Positions 40,971-55,303 are shown, counted from the stretch's first letter. The stretch is 64,000 nt of DNA from Octopus vulgaris (GCA_951406725.2 OX597822.1:14694001-14758000), one strand, 5' to 3'. Notes: generated by a model not told the origin, from the letters alone. Numbers and translations: made by a program.

Positions 40971-41885
40971 TTTTGATTATATATATATATATTAGGGCAG
41001 CAACATCTCATAAGTACTTAGGCTTTCTGTAGATCTTATTCCGGCGCTGATCATCATGTGGTGCATTGGATGCTTTTGGTAGTGTTCACTTTGTTTGCAA
41101 GAATCCAATCCAGGTGTCCGGCATGAGGTTATCTTACTTCCTCCTTACCAGTACTTTCGCAGGCGTCCGAGACAATCATGATTACCATCTTCCAGTGGGA
41201 CTAAAAGATGAGAAAACAGAGCTGCTTACTCATTGATTGAAAGGGTGATGTTTGTGTGAAAAGATACATGAAGTAACGTTTATATACTTACCAAAACTAT
41301 TGATGACGTGAAGAAAGTATTTTACTTTCAAAATGAAATCGAATGAAGGTTTGCAGACTCTTTATAGTTATAAGGTATTACTTTTATGAACTTTAATTCC
41401 AGTGTCTAGGGTGGGTTCAGTATGTCAATGTCACTAACACACGCGCTGGTTCAACATCACTTAGCCGACCTTGGACAGGGAAGTAAGTCGCTGAGAATGT
41501 TGTTGCGAACAGCGACGAAAGAAATTTTATTAGCAAACAACCGAATGAATTTTTTGAAGCGGACATTAAACAATTAGTTGATTAGATATTTAACCAATAC
41601 ACTAAAATAAAGAAATGATATTGGACCAGTGCGTGTGTTGTTATTATTGGCATAATGACTCTACCAAGCCACAAAATATATTTCAACACACAAATTCACA
41701 ACAAGAATCTTACATATGGAATATGAAACGATGTTTAATTCCAGGGTAAATGCTATAAACTTCAATTTCAATATAGATGCACGGCTACTCATCACAACAA
41801 TTACATTAGATTATTTAGAAGCCTTGGATTAACTTGATAATTACTTCTTAATTTCTCTTTGTTTTTATATCTTCTTCTGTAACAG

Positions 41886-42989
41886 GAATTGGTTGTTCTA
41901 CTCTCAGTCTATCAGCAAATGCTGGATTAGCAGCTTATTTCGGTGAAGACAGTCGAAAATTTATTGCTTTTACTACAGTCGGAAAAGCTCTTGGATTTAT
42001 AATTTTCCCAATCCTTACCAATTACTTCATTGAACTCATGTTCTGGCGTGGAAGTCTTCTCCTTCTGGCTGCTACTTTCATACACACTCTGCCATGTGCT
42101 CTCCTGTATTCTACGGATATGTATAAAAACACGCGGAGAGAAACTTTGGCAGTAAGTGAAAGTAACGCGCCGAAAGATTTGTATAAGTCGGATTCAAACG
42201 TTTCTGTAGAACAATTTCAAAATGTTGGTTACGTTGAGGATGAAACGATATCGAACAAACTGGAAATATCTGAAGTGAATAATACAGCCTTGAATCATAA
42301 CGAAGACATCAATACACATGAAAAATATATTCGTGAGGCGGTTATTAAGGCCTTAAAATATGACAACGAACCATTTGTTATAAATAATACACAACCTGGC
42401 AAAGAAGATACCTTGGATATCGAAGAGACAGCTATAAATTCTATAAACTCTGAGGACAAGGAGACTGATGGTCGAAGTGACAAGGTTCAAACGGAAGGAA
42501 AATCTGATTCGAAATTTTCTGCAAGACTTACTACAGGTTTAACAAATTTCAGTTTCCTTGTATTCCTTTTCGCAATTTTTATAGTTTACGGTTGTGTCGT
42601 GACATCATCGTCAATCTTACCGGATTACTGCGTAAAGCAAGGGCTGAGTCCAGCAGAAAGTGCCCGTGTATTTTCAGTGGGATCGTTCGGGTATGTCCTG
42701 GCATGTTTTGTCAGTAGTTGGTTGATACATAAAAACATTCTCCCAAGCAGGATTATATTCAGTATTTCGGCCATCATAAGCGGATTACTGATCTGCATTT
42801 ATCCTTCGTTGTTCACTGCAACATATTTGACTTTGCTAACATTTATTATCATGTTCACAACTGGTCTAATGTTCGCTGTATATTTTGTAACTGTTATGGA
42901 TTACCTCGACATCGAATGCTTTTCGATTGGTATGGGCTTTTCAGAGACAGCAGTTGGAATTGGTATTTTAGCTGGTGGATACCTTATAG
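41886..42989 (+). CDS. SLC16/MCT-like transporter copy 2, large 1104-bp exon
   Basis: Acceptor ctgtaacag|GAATT and donor ATAG|gtaaat. The frame is open and paralogous to 2633-3736. Confidence 0.9.
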
Positions 42990-45241
42990 GTAAATATATA
43001 ACATTTTTCCTACTCATGCTTATTACTATGATCGCTACAAATATGTTTCATTCTCTAATTTTGAATTTGTCTTATGTTGCCTACAATGTTTCAATTCTGT
43101 TTCCGAGCCCTTAAATCTGAGCTGCTGGTTATGTTGGTCATCAATTAGGAGCATTAATCATAAAACATATAAAGATAAGTGACATGTGTTATATTTCCGA
43201 CATCTCCCTCTTTGTTATTACCAGGGTTTACAATTCAAACACGACGATCCTAAACCGTAGCCACCACATCTAAAACCTGGAAAAAGTTTTCAATGCCTCA
43301 GCAGACTCCATACTTCCAAAATAGCGATATTTTGTATATATGCTACAGTTGAGCTGGCATATAGGTTCATCAAATATGTATTAAAGAAGAATGAGACGAT
43401 TGGTCGCAGCTGTTTGGTCGTTACTGATCTGAATCAGCGACATGTAGAGAAGAAAAAGGGGGAGAGGGTGAATGGGAGAGAGATTACAATTTATCAACTG
43501 AGCATGATTGACGTAAATACTTTCCCTCTCCTCATACCATACAAATGCAGATAAATACACTCACATAAACAGTGACAGAGGAAGAGAGAGACAGAAGAAG
43601 AGGGAGAGAGGGAACGAACGATAGGAACGTTAAAACGTTTGTTGTCAAAATGTCAGCGTCGAATCAATGGTGTCAAATCGGTGGTGCCAAAATGGCTGTG
43701 CCAAAACGTCTCATTTCTGTATGAATGTTGCGGAAGTAATTCCCGGGCAGTGATTATAGTATTTTATAGAGAAACATTTAAATGGAATGAAATATAAGAA
43801 ATATCGTTTCTGTAGATAAGCGTTTTTCGTTAATCAATGTATAAACGTAAGAACATATAAATCTATCATATTTTTACACTTCTAACGACTTAGCTTCGAC
43901 AATTTGTGAGAATGTACATTCTACAAGAAATTCATTCAGTTTTTACGGAGATAAAGATGTTTCCATTCTTGCTTAGTATAACTGGATGGCTTTGAAGTTT
44001 GTTTCATAAGCACGAGATCTCGTGTTCTAACCCACGGTGTAGTGTGTGAGAATTTTTTTCTTTTTTTAAGCTTCGGCTATTTCATAGTATAGTGGTAGAA
44101 CTGACCAATAAAAGACGAATGTAGACAACAAGCGGATGTATTAGTTTAACGCTCGGGAAGTGAAAATGTCTTTAACGTTTCGAGCCTACGTTCTTCCACA
44201 GAAAGGAACACAGAAAGAAACAAGGAGAGAAAATAAAGAATGTGTAGTGGCTAGTGATCTATCATGGCATTTATTCATAGTATAACTTAGAAGTTTGTTT
44301 TATAATCACAGCATCTTGGGTTCAAACAAAGCCCATTGTCTTGTATTTGAGGCCTTTTTATACTAAAGCTTCGAGTCGACCAACGAGCGTGGATGGAATT
44401 GGATTGGTGACGCTGTGCAGAAACCGGTTGAATATTGTAATGAAAATGTCCATCCTTGTCACATAGAGCATCCTGTTGAATCTTACCAAGGAATAATTTA
44501 AGAGCATACGTGTCTGTGGTGTATTCAACCACTTCACACGTTAATACAATGAAAGAGCAGTTTCATTGATGGAACAATTGAGAGTTCATCGCCGAAACCG
44601 ACGAAGATCCATTGCATTCAATTTCTCGATATCTATATATTGTTAAACAATATATAGATAGTATTAAGAAGGTCCGTGGCCTAATGGGTAAGGTGTGGTA
44701 CTCAGGATCGCAAAACCTTCGTTTCGATTCTTGGCCCGGGCGGTGAGATATTGAACAGCACAATTTATTTCGCGTTGCTCCAAACAACTCACCTGTAATT
44801 GTAGCAACATTGGGATGGATTGGCGTTCCGCCGCGTGGGGTGGGCAGATGTTGTGCTCTCGATCACTTCTGAACTACGGAAACCAGTTCACGGGCCCTAT
44901 GAATACGAACACACGAGACAGTGCTTAACATAGATATTAGTTTGAAAGTTTGACACAAGGCCAGCGAGTACAGGGGAAGGGTAAATCGATTACATTGACC
45001 CCCATTGCTGAACGGGTACTTGTTTTATCGACCTCCAAAAGGTGAAAGGCAAAATTGACCTCGATTGTAGGTGAACACAGAATGTAAAGACGGACTAAAT
45101 ACCGCTAAGCATTTTATCCGGCACTTGACGCCTTACCATAGATATTAATGATTAGAAATAAATTTGATTTATTTATTTATTGAATATTCAAATCTGGTGA
45201 CTTGTCTTTAATGTTGCTCTTCTTGTTCTTGTTGTTTGCAG

Positions 45242-45405
45242 GAATCTTCTCAGAATACATGAACACTTACGAATACAGCTACTATGTGATCGGGATCGGA
45301 CCAATTCTTTCGGTTCAACCCATTTTAATTCCGTTCTTATTTAGCAAACTACTAACTAGGCAAACACTCACATATTCTGTGAATAATGTCGAGAATAAAT
45401 GCTGA
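45242..45405 (+). CDS. SLC16/MCT-like transporter copy 2, last coding exon
   Basis: Acceptor gtttgcag|GAATC, ending ...VENKC*. The joined CDS is about 544 aa. Confidence 0.85.
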
Positions 45406-45580
45406 AGAATGGCCAAATTCCAAACAACGATATTTCAAAACCATTTAAAAAGAACTTTGTTTTTATTTCCTTCCAGAATATGATCCTGGAAGCTTCACAC
45501 TTGAAAATCATGTTCGTAGGTCTTTTACATACGTACACTCGCTACTTAATCGAAATAATAATAATAATAACAACAACAAC

Positions 45581-45656
<76 letters not shown>

Positions 45657-45659
<3 letters not shown>

Positions 45660-46011
45660 GGATCATAGATATAGCATGCACAGCTGACAATAAGGTATGC
45701 GATAAGGTAGAAAGAAAAGTCGATAGATATGAAAGGTTAGCTTGGGAGGTTAAGAAGTTGTGATCGATGTAAAAGGTGGTAGTAGTACTAATAATTGTCG
45801 GAGCCCTGGGAACAGTGAGTAAAAATCTTGAGAAGTACATGAAACAAATAGGGGCTTCAATAAGGGTGGAGCACTTGCAGAAAACAGCACAGCTTGAAAC
45901 TGTTTGAATACTCCGGATGGTGCTCGAAAATTAAGGGGTGTTACCTTAGTTCACTGATAGTGAACAGCTGACAACGTAGTAATTCTCCAGCATTAGAAGC
46001 TGTGCAAAGGC
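45657..46011 (+). mobile_element. Short 3' fragment of an RLE-type (R4/Dong-like) LINE flanked by (TAA)n
   Basis: IIDIACTADNKV...KVDRYERLAWEVKKL...IIVGALGTVSKNL...LQKTA matches an RLE C-terminus. Confidence 0.75.
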
Positions 46012-46081
<70 letters not shown>

Positions 46082-46109
46082 GCAACAACAACAACAACAG
46101 CAATAATAA

Positions 46110-46642
46110 ATGCCCTGATGCAGTACCAGGCAGTGACTTTCATGGCTTCTGATCTTAACTAATTGGAAGTGTTACAATGTACATTGTTTTGTCATGGTAT
46201 AAAAGATGGACTACTGCAAATATTCTGCTTAATATCACAGACTTGATTGTCAGTTGTTTGACCGTAACCAGTTGACCATGTCCCTTGTTGGCAGACGCTA
46301 TGTGCATCTCTGATCACGAGCAAAAGTAGTGGGGGAGCATTATAGCATTTTGATCAGAGAAAGTCTTTGGGGTTTGAAGAATTCACCTCTGGAAACATGG
46401 GTGTTTTGTTCATCAGCGACCTTTTGAGCGGGATGGGCTACTCGATTTGAAGAAAATTCTAACTGGACCTTACCTACAAAGTTATGTGTTGTTAATCTTG
46501 ATATAAGGTCATCACAGTGTGCACATATGTTTGTGATGCATGTGCTTGGTATAGCCTTATCAGACGGGTAGTCATGATGGGTATAATGGGCTTCGTATAT
46601 TTTACACCGGTATCACTTTGATGGTATGCACTGCTCTCTCTC

Positions 46643-46645
<3 letters not shown>
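46110..46645. repeat. Unclassified element of about 530 bp embedded between TAA/CAA/TCAA microsatellites
   Basis: Complex-sequence block with sharp microsatellite borders on both sides and no recognisable ORF. Confidence 0.45.
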
Positions 46646-46721
<76 letters not shown>

Positions 46722-49700
46722 GATAACACCGGGGACGTTAAACATGTGAGAGCGATAAAACAGTGCTCCGAAATCTATCCACAAACATCGGAAACAAAGA
46801 CATCGCATGGAGCTAAAAAATAACTGACAAAGGATTGGACTATATCCGAGTAAGTAATACTCATTGAAATTTATTACTATTTTCAAAACGAAATGATGTA
46901 TTTTAACTCGATATCATCTCCACCTCTAACACAACACATGTAAACATGCTTGATACATTACGATCCATCAACACCAGATCATCTCCGGCCCCAAACACCA
47001 TGTACAAAAAAAACTACGAATAAATTAAATAATACCAGTATTATTCAACCCAAGAATAACAATCGGGAAGTACGTACATTAAACTTACAACATAAAATGT
47101 ACGAAAGACTACACGTTCAAAACAATGTGACAACAGAAATGAACGTACCGGTACCCTACGAAAATGACGACCGTCAAAATAATGGGCCGGACGTTGTTCT
47201 TCATGTCTCGCAAATAAAACCCAAAAGACATAAATGGACACGTGAGGAATACATTTCTATCCTACACGCATACTTTACCGCAGTGCTCTACCCAAAGAAT
47301 GAAAATACAACAACACACACATACAAAATATGGAAGAAAAATAACATAAATAAAGATCTGGATACAACAATGAACCCTAATAAACTAGCAAATATACGGA
47401 GATATATTCTCAACGCAAAAAATGTATCAGAAATAGAAATAAAACATTTAAAAGAAAAAATACATCAGGAAAATGTAGATAGAAGCCACACAACAATGCC
47501 AAATAATACAAACACTGAAACAATAAAACACGAAGACAAACGTAACATTTGCAACAAAAACGATGTAAACAAAATACAACAAACCCAGACCGTAAGGATT
47601 CATAATAATACACAACAAACAGCAAGTCAAAACACGACAAACAAATATACGGATGAGATAGAAAGCGACACAAATCTAAAACCTGGAAACAACGAAGGGG
47701 AGCCTAATGATTAGGAAACTATAAAAAGTAGAATAATCAAAGAACTGAAAACCACAGAGATCAAAATGGACCACCGACCGTACCTCCCAAAAATCAAAAT
47801 AGACAAAACAACAACATCAATTATAAACAACATAAATCTAGCCGTCACGGAACTAATAGCTACTGAAAAAAAAAGCGATATCACTGAGCTACATGATTTA
47901 GTATACGCAGCAGCCACTGCAGCCACAAAAGAAGCTGGATACTCACTCAAAGCCATCCAAACAGGAGTACCACCAGCCAAACAAACCCTGTGGATAAATA
48001 ACATCCAAAACAAAATACAAAAAATGAGAAAAGATCTGTCGATTCTTAATGAAATCAGTAGACAATCAACGCTACTAAGCAACAAAAAGAAAACAAAAAT
48101 ACTCCGCAAATACAACACCACAGAAAAATATTTACCTGAGATAAAAGAAAAGCTAAAGCAAGATATTCTTGCCAAAGCAGAAAGGATCCGCCGGTACGAG
48201 AAACGCCAACGTTTCTTTGAACAAAACAAACAGTTCAACTCCAACCCCCAAAAGTTCTACCAAGAACTTGGCAAAAATAAAATAGAAATCACTGCAGCAC
48301 CAACGGCAGAAGAAGTGGAAGAATTCTGGAGAGAAATATGGTCGGCGAACGAACAACCAAAAAAGGAGTATTAAAACAATAAACTCAGCATCTGAGCAAA
48401 TTTGGACCCCCATAACAACTGAAGAGGTCACCCAGGCACTGCAAAGACTAAGCAACTGGAAGGCACCTGGGCATGACAAGATCCCCAACTTCTGGTTGAA
48501 ATATCTAACAGGAATACACAAAAAGCTGGCTGAAAATTTTAACAACATACTGTCAGAGCCAGAGACAATGCCTGAATGGCTCATGAAGGGGAAAAAACCA
48601 TCTTAATTCCCAAATCAAATGAGACAGCAAAACCAGAAAACTACAGACCTATAACCTGTCTCCCTACAATGTACAAAGCATTTACTGCAGTAATATCACA
48701 AAGATTAAACAAGCACCTGGACGAAAACAACCTGCTTCCAGAAGAGCAGAAAGGATGCCGCAAAGGCTCATATGGCTGTAAAGATCAACTAATGATCAAT
48801 AAAGCCATAACTGAAGACAGCCACAGAAAGAAGAAAGGCCTCAGTATGGCCTGGATCGACTACAAAAAGGCATTTGATAGCATCCCCCACACATGGATCC
48901 TCGAAACACTAGCCATGAACAAAGTTGCACCAACAATTATAAAATACATAGGAAACTCTATGAATAAATGGCAAACAGTGCTACAGCTCCAAACAAAAGA
49001 GGGACTCATGAAAACCAAAGCGATCCCCATTAGAAGAGGAATACTCCAGGGAGACACGCTCTCTCCACTCCTTTTCTGCTTGGCACTGTCACCTCTATCG
49101 GATATGCTAAACAGAACTGGATGCGGATATAAATGTTACGGCAAAACGATCAGTCACCTTTTATATATGAATGACCTAAAACTATACGCAACAAATGACA
49201 AACAGCTGGAAACACTACTAAAGACAGTTCATGGATTTACCAAAGAAATAGATATGAAATTTGGATTAGAGAAATGCGCCAAAGTAATCCTGAAAAGAGG
49301 AAAACTAGTTAAGAGTAGCGACATCACACTAGATAAAATCAATGAAATAAAAGATTTAGACCAAAGCCAAACTTACAAATTCCTAGGAATCCATGAACTA
49401 GATAAGACACAACACACACAAATGAAAGAGAAAATAAAAAAAAGAATATTATAGACGAGTTAGATCAATACTAAAAACAGAGCTCAATGCTAAAACAAAA
49501 TAATAGGTATTAACACTTTCGCCCTCCCAGTTATAAGTTACAGCTACAATATCCTTAACTGGACACGAAATGAAGTGACCAAAATAGATAGGAAAACAAG
49601 AAAAATAATGACAGGATCTAGGATGCATCACCCAAAATCTGACATAGAAAGGCTATATATACTACGTATAGAAGGTGGTAGAGGCCTTATACAGCTGGAA

Positions 49701-50827
49701 AACTACTATAAAATAACCACCATAGGACTGCAAAAATATCTACTTCAGAAGGAAGGATAACTGATGCAAATAGCGGCAAAACACGAGCAAAACACAAAAA
49801 CTGTTCTCAGTATTTAAGGAAGCTGACAAATACAAACAAGAAATCATACCACCTAACAAATATGAAGAAGAAGAAGAAAAATAAGAAGATGAAGAAACAA
49901 CAAAAGCTATAAAACACATGAAATCCAAACTAAAACTAGAATAGCAACGAACCATTATAAAAACGATGGCAAGAAAAGCTCCTTCATGGCAAATACTGGA
50001 CTAAACTAAATGCAAAAGAAATAGACAATGAAAAATCCCAGCAATGGTTGAGAAGCTCAAAACTCAAAGCAGAGACAGAAGGATTTTTAATTGCAGCGCA
50101 AGACCAAAGCCTCCCCACCAGAAATTATCAAAAACATGTAATGAAAACAAATATAACAAGTAACTGCAGAATATGTGGAGATGGACAAGAAACAATAAAT
50201 CATATTATCTCTGGCTGCCCAGTCCTGGCTAAGAAGGAATATATTCACATACACGACAGAGTTGGGACCTATATACACTGGAAACTATGCCAACATTATG
50301 GAATAACAACAGAAAAAAGATGGTATAGGCACACACCAGAAAAGGTCATAGAAAACGAGAAAGCAACCATACTCTGGGATATGCCAATACACACAGATAG
50401 AGAAATTAAGGCCAACAGACCAGATATTGTTGTCAGAGATCATGAAGAAAAAAATGTTTTCTATTTGATGTATCAATACCAGCGGGTGACAACGTGTCTC
50501 TAAAAGAAATGGAGAAACTTTCAAAATACAAATACCTGGAAATAGAGGTAACCAGAATGTGGAATCTAAAAGCAGAAACAATTCCTATCATAATAGGTGC
50601 ATTAGGCATGATAAAAAAATATTCAGACAAATACCTAACAAAAACACCAGGACTTACAAACACATATAACATACAGAAAATTGCACTACTATGCACTGCG
50701 CACATCCTACGCAGAACACTTTCAATACAATAACCATCAGAGCATCACAACAAATCACAGCACATACCCAAGGCACACAGAGCTGTGCTCGGTAGTGAAG
50801 TGAAAGCATGACATAAAAAATATACTA

Positions 50828-50830
<3 letters not shown>
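46722..50830 (+). mobile_element. Near full-length R4/Dong-clade non-LTR retrotransposon (RT + CCHC + restriction-like endonuclease), inactivated
   Basis: N-terminal RHKWTREEY. RT motifs YRPITCL, WIDYKKAFDSIPH, RGILQGDTLSPLLF and HLLYMND. Then CRICGDGQETINHIISGC, IHD, NRPDIV, KEMEKLSKY and PIIIGALG. No APE domain. (TAA)n on both flanks, with several stops and frameshifts. Confidence 0.9.
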
Positions 50831-50885
<55 letters not shown>

Positions 50886-50975
50886 GTAATTAGAAGAAGA
50901 AGAAGAAGAAGAAGAAGAAGAAGAAGAAGAAGAAGAAGAAGAAGAAGAAGAAGAAGAAGAAGAAGAAGAAGAAAC

Positions 50976-51142
50976 TCTGTTGTGTCTGGGGAGAGTCATT
51001 TTCTTTTTGTGCCTTGTTATGTAACACACCCTCCGGTAAAATTTTAGGACAAAAAAAAGCAAGAAAAAAGTGGAAATTTTACCGGCGAGCGTGTTACATA
51101 ACAAGGCACAAAAAGAAAATGACTCTCCCCAGACAGAACAGA
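50976..51142. repeat. Hairpin with arms of about 70 bp and an A-rich spacer
   Basis: tgtctggggagagtcattttctttttgtgccttgttatgtaacac...ccggtaaaattt / aaattttaccgg...gtgttacataacaaggcacaaaaagaaaatgactctccccagaca. Confidence 0.85.
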
Positions 51143-51814
51143 ATATGCTTCAACACACGAACTCATATAATGAATCTTGCAAACCAAATCCAAAAACGAA
51201 ATATAATAATGGGGAACTACTCTTATTTTATTCTTATTTAATAACCTCCCTTGAATATTTCTACCTATCTAAATGTAAAGGAGAAATGATTTTAAAACAT
51301 GCATGTGGATGAAACAGACGCACGCATACGCACACACACACATGTACACACATACACGCACACTCACACACACATACGCACATATACACACACACTTATT
51401 TACACATTCATGAAGTATCATAATTGTAGCAAATATTCATTCGGTCACGAGTTATTAGCGACGACGACGATTAAAACAATTGTGTCAATGAAATAATAAT
51501 TAACAAAACTAAAGAATAAAATTATTATTAAAATAACTATTTTTCTTAAGTGAAGAACTGGAAACTCAGTTTTATTTAATTAGTCTCTTTAATTATTGTC
51601 TGGCATAACTAACTGAATGTGGAACTCAATATTTAAAGCATCTGGATTTTCCCTGGGTATCCAGGAATTGAAAATACTAACACAAATGTAACAGTGTATA
51701 AATGAGAAGCAGAAACAGAGGAAACCGATTAGAAGACAGGCAGGAGTTACAATATAATCATTCATTCATACATACGTACGCACACACACACACACACACA
51801 TTTATATATATATA

Positions 51815-52840
51815 TATATAATAAATTAATAAATGTATAAAACATATGCATATATACATACATATATGTACGTACCTACCTCTATATGTATATATACATG
51901 CATATATGGGTACAGGACACAAAAAAAACGTCGAACACAATGAGAAACGAAAACATAAACACAAGACCAAGGAAATGGAAATTTTTTAAACAACGAAAAA
52001 ATAGAGTACATGACATACAAAACAAGGAAAATTCCTCTTCTTCAGTCGCCTTAGATTCATCTACTCCACGTTTCGAAGGTCAAGGCGATACATGACTTCA
52101 ATGAAAATTTCCTTCCCGCGAAAATCAAATTAAATAAAATTTGAGATTTTTTGCGGAGGGTAAAAATGGTAACAAAAACAGGACAGTAATGACAGTACAA
52201 AATATAAACAGTAAAGGACAGGACACGGAGAATAACAGTAACACAAATAAGAAGGGCTGTTAAGCCAAACAAGATAAAAATATTTTACGAACACTATTTT
52301 TTGAGACGGCAAGGAACAACAGATTTACCGTCTCTACTTGGAGGAAGTCAGGAGAAGAAAGACAGAGATAGCCATCTCATCACGTGACCACGACGGGAGG
52401 GAGGTGGAGGAGTAAGAGAAAGGGAAAGAAAAAGGGGGAATGGTTGTAGAGAAAAGAATGAGAGAGAGAGGGAGAGACAGTAAGGTAGAAGAAAAGGAAA
52501 GCCAAAAGAATGAAGGCTGAGAAAGGGAGGGGGAGAGAGAAAGGTTAAGAGTGCGCATCATTATTAGTATTAAGAACAATCTTACTTAGAAATGGATGCG
52601 TGCGTTCCGTCATATAATAAATTAATAAATAAATAAAACATATGCATATATACATACATATATGTACGTACCTACCTCTACATGTATATATACATGCATA
52701 TATGGGTACAGAACACCAAAAGAACGTCGAACACAATGAGAAACGAAAACATAAACACAAAACCAAGGAAATTGACATTTTTTTAAACAACGAAAAAATA
52801 GAGTACAGGACATACAAAACAAGGAAAATTCCCCTTCTCT
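51815..52840. repeat. Direct repeat pair of about 225 bp (51815-52040 / 52615-52840); related diverged inverted pair at about 54110-54385 / 54545-54850
   Basis: Shared text aaacatatgcatatatacatac...aacgtcgaacacaatgagaaacgaaaacataaacac...aacaaggaaaattcc. Confidence 0.75.
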
Positions 52841-53949
52841 TAGGTTTTATTATTTTATTTGGCTTTTTTGAGTAAGGGGGAATATAATGATTAAAACATT
52901 ACTTATAACTTAAGTGTAACCATTATACACAAATCCGAACTACAGTATTTTACGCCATAGAGAAATATACTCATGAAACTCTATGATTATTAACGACATG
53001 TATGTATAATATTTTCTTCGTGTTCATTTAACCGCTATAAAAAAATATAATTTAATGATTACAGAAATGCATATTTATTTATACTCAGTTGAAAAAAAAC
53101 GTGAAGAGAAACATTTTCTTAATTAGTTTTATTACAGAAATATAACAATTTATATTATGTACATGTGAAAGGAAAGATAAATTTCGTCGTGTAGAAGTAC
53201 GACTATATATTCACTAGTTAACTAATAGATTAATCAACAATTCAAAATAGACTTGTGATTTTCTTTGGACATGGCATGAAAATCACCAATGTCTCAAAGG
53301 AGTGAGTGTCGTGGAGTTCAGTTACATCCAACAAACACTAAAGTTTTTCCAAAAATCCAGGGTTTTTATAACTGCTCAACTTGACTTAAAAGAATCGAAA
53401 TTCATTACAAATATTCTTTATGAAACTTTTAAGAATCTTTATATGAGCAGTTATAGTAACCAATGGAAAAAACGAAAATAATAATTCTTCGGCAATACGA
53501 CATTACGTCATATTGCCAATTCGCGCCGTATTTCAAAATGGCTAAAATGGCTACTTGCTACAAGTGCATCACAATATGCGGCAATATTGATGCATTGAAC
53601 GCAATTGTTTTAATGATGAAAATTGCACGCTGCAAAAAAAATCAAACAGCGTTTCAACTCTGTGTGAATATATGTATGTGTATGTAAAAGGGGTATGTGA
53701 ATGTGTGTGTGTGCGTCTGTGTATTTGTGTGTGCGTGTTCGCGCGCAAAGGAAGTGGGATGGTTCATCTTTGTTCGTTTAGTATTTGGGTTTATTTTTTG
53801 ATTTGGTTGAATCTTGGTTGTTTTTTTTTGTTGGTCAGTTATTTTTAGCGTTTTGGCAGAAAAAGTCATTTTAATATTGTTTTTTAATGTAAGCGTGCCC
53901 AAACAAGTCGAATGCTTACACAGAGCAGATTTTACAGCCACATCATCCA

Positions 53950-53981
53950 AACCGACCGGGTGAAACCAGGCTTAGCTGCTA

Positions 53982-53982
<1 letters not shown>
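53950..53982 (+). mobile_element. Helitron-like 3' terminus (5' end not located)
   Basis: Imperfect hairpin ccgggtgaaaccagg plus cttagctgCTAG|T followed by (TA)n, resembling the termini at 5943 and 6094. Confidence 0.5.
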
Positions 53983-54052
<70 letters not shown>

Positions 54053-54936
54053 TATGCATATATTCATGCATATATGTATATACCCTCATGTATATGTATA
54101 TATACATGATATATGGGTACAGAACGTCAAAAAAAGTGAACGAAATGAAAACCGAGAGCATAAAAAACAACAAAAACATGTCAAACGAACTGCTTTTTCG
54201 AACAACGAAAGAAACAAATAGAGAAACGAGGCAGGCAACATTGAATTGGGCCACGCGTTTCGAACGTTGGGTCAAGATGCGACTTCGTTAAAACAGTCGC
54301 AAAGCAAATTAAATAAAGTTTGGGAATTTGTAGAGGGTTAAAGTGGTAACAAAAGCAGGACAGTAAGAACAAAACAGCGAAAGCAATCGGTAAGGGCTGT
54401 TAATCCATAAGGATGTAAAGTGGTGAACACTGGAGAAACGAGCTTTGACAGGAGACAGTCAAAAGTGTGTCTTGTCTCTTGTAAAACAAAAGAAAGGAAG
54501 AACGATAAGCGTTGGTCGCGTGTGAGCAACCAGTCGTTACCGTTTGTTTTTACTATTTTGTTCTTATTGTCTTGTTTTTGTTACCACTTTAACCCTCCGG
54601 AAAATCCCAAATTTTATTTTATTTGCTTTGCGGGAACGACTGTTTTAGAGAAGTCACGTCTTGTCCAAACGTTGGAAATGCGGAGAAGATAAAACAGGGG
54701 ACAACTGATGAAGGGATTGTCCTTTATGTTGTCTGTCTGGTTTCTCTATTTGTTTTTTTCGTTGTTCGAAAAAAAGATCGTTTTCCATGTTTATGTTCTC
54801 GTTTTTCATTTTGTTAACGTGTTTTTGATGTCCTGTACTCATATATGCATGTAAATGTAAGTATGTACATATATGTATTTATATATGCACATATATATAT
54901 ATTATAAATATTATATGATCGGACGCCACGTTTTAC

Positions 54937-55008
<72 letters not shown>

Positions 55009-55013
55009 TTATC

Positions 55014-55079
<66 letters not shown>

Positions 55080-55303
55080 TCAATATAGGGTGGCAAAAAA
55101 AAATTTTGTAGAATTCTTTTGCCACCAGCGGCCTAGTAGGAAAAGATTAAAATAGTCATAGACCATTTTTAAGTTCAACATTAACAATAAAGGAACGGCC
55201 ATAATAGGCCATTCACCCACTAGAAATAACAGCCAAAGCTTCAACCGCAAATAAAAGTTAATTCAGTAAACCAGGAGAAAATTTAAAAAACATTTACCCT
55301 GTA

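Noticed and set aside
44165-44210. Hammerhead-like text on the minus strand (ctgtggaagaacgtaggctcgaaacgtta)
   Set aside because: The invariant A6 is missing and stem II is mismatched, so it cannot be supported from this copy.
54660-54725. CTGATGA motif in the 52-54 kb repeat family
   Set aside because: I could not assemble GAAA, stem III and stem I in a valid hammerhead topology.
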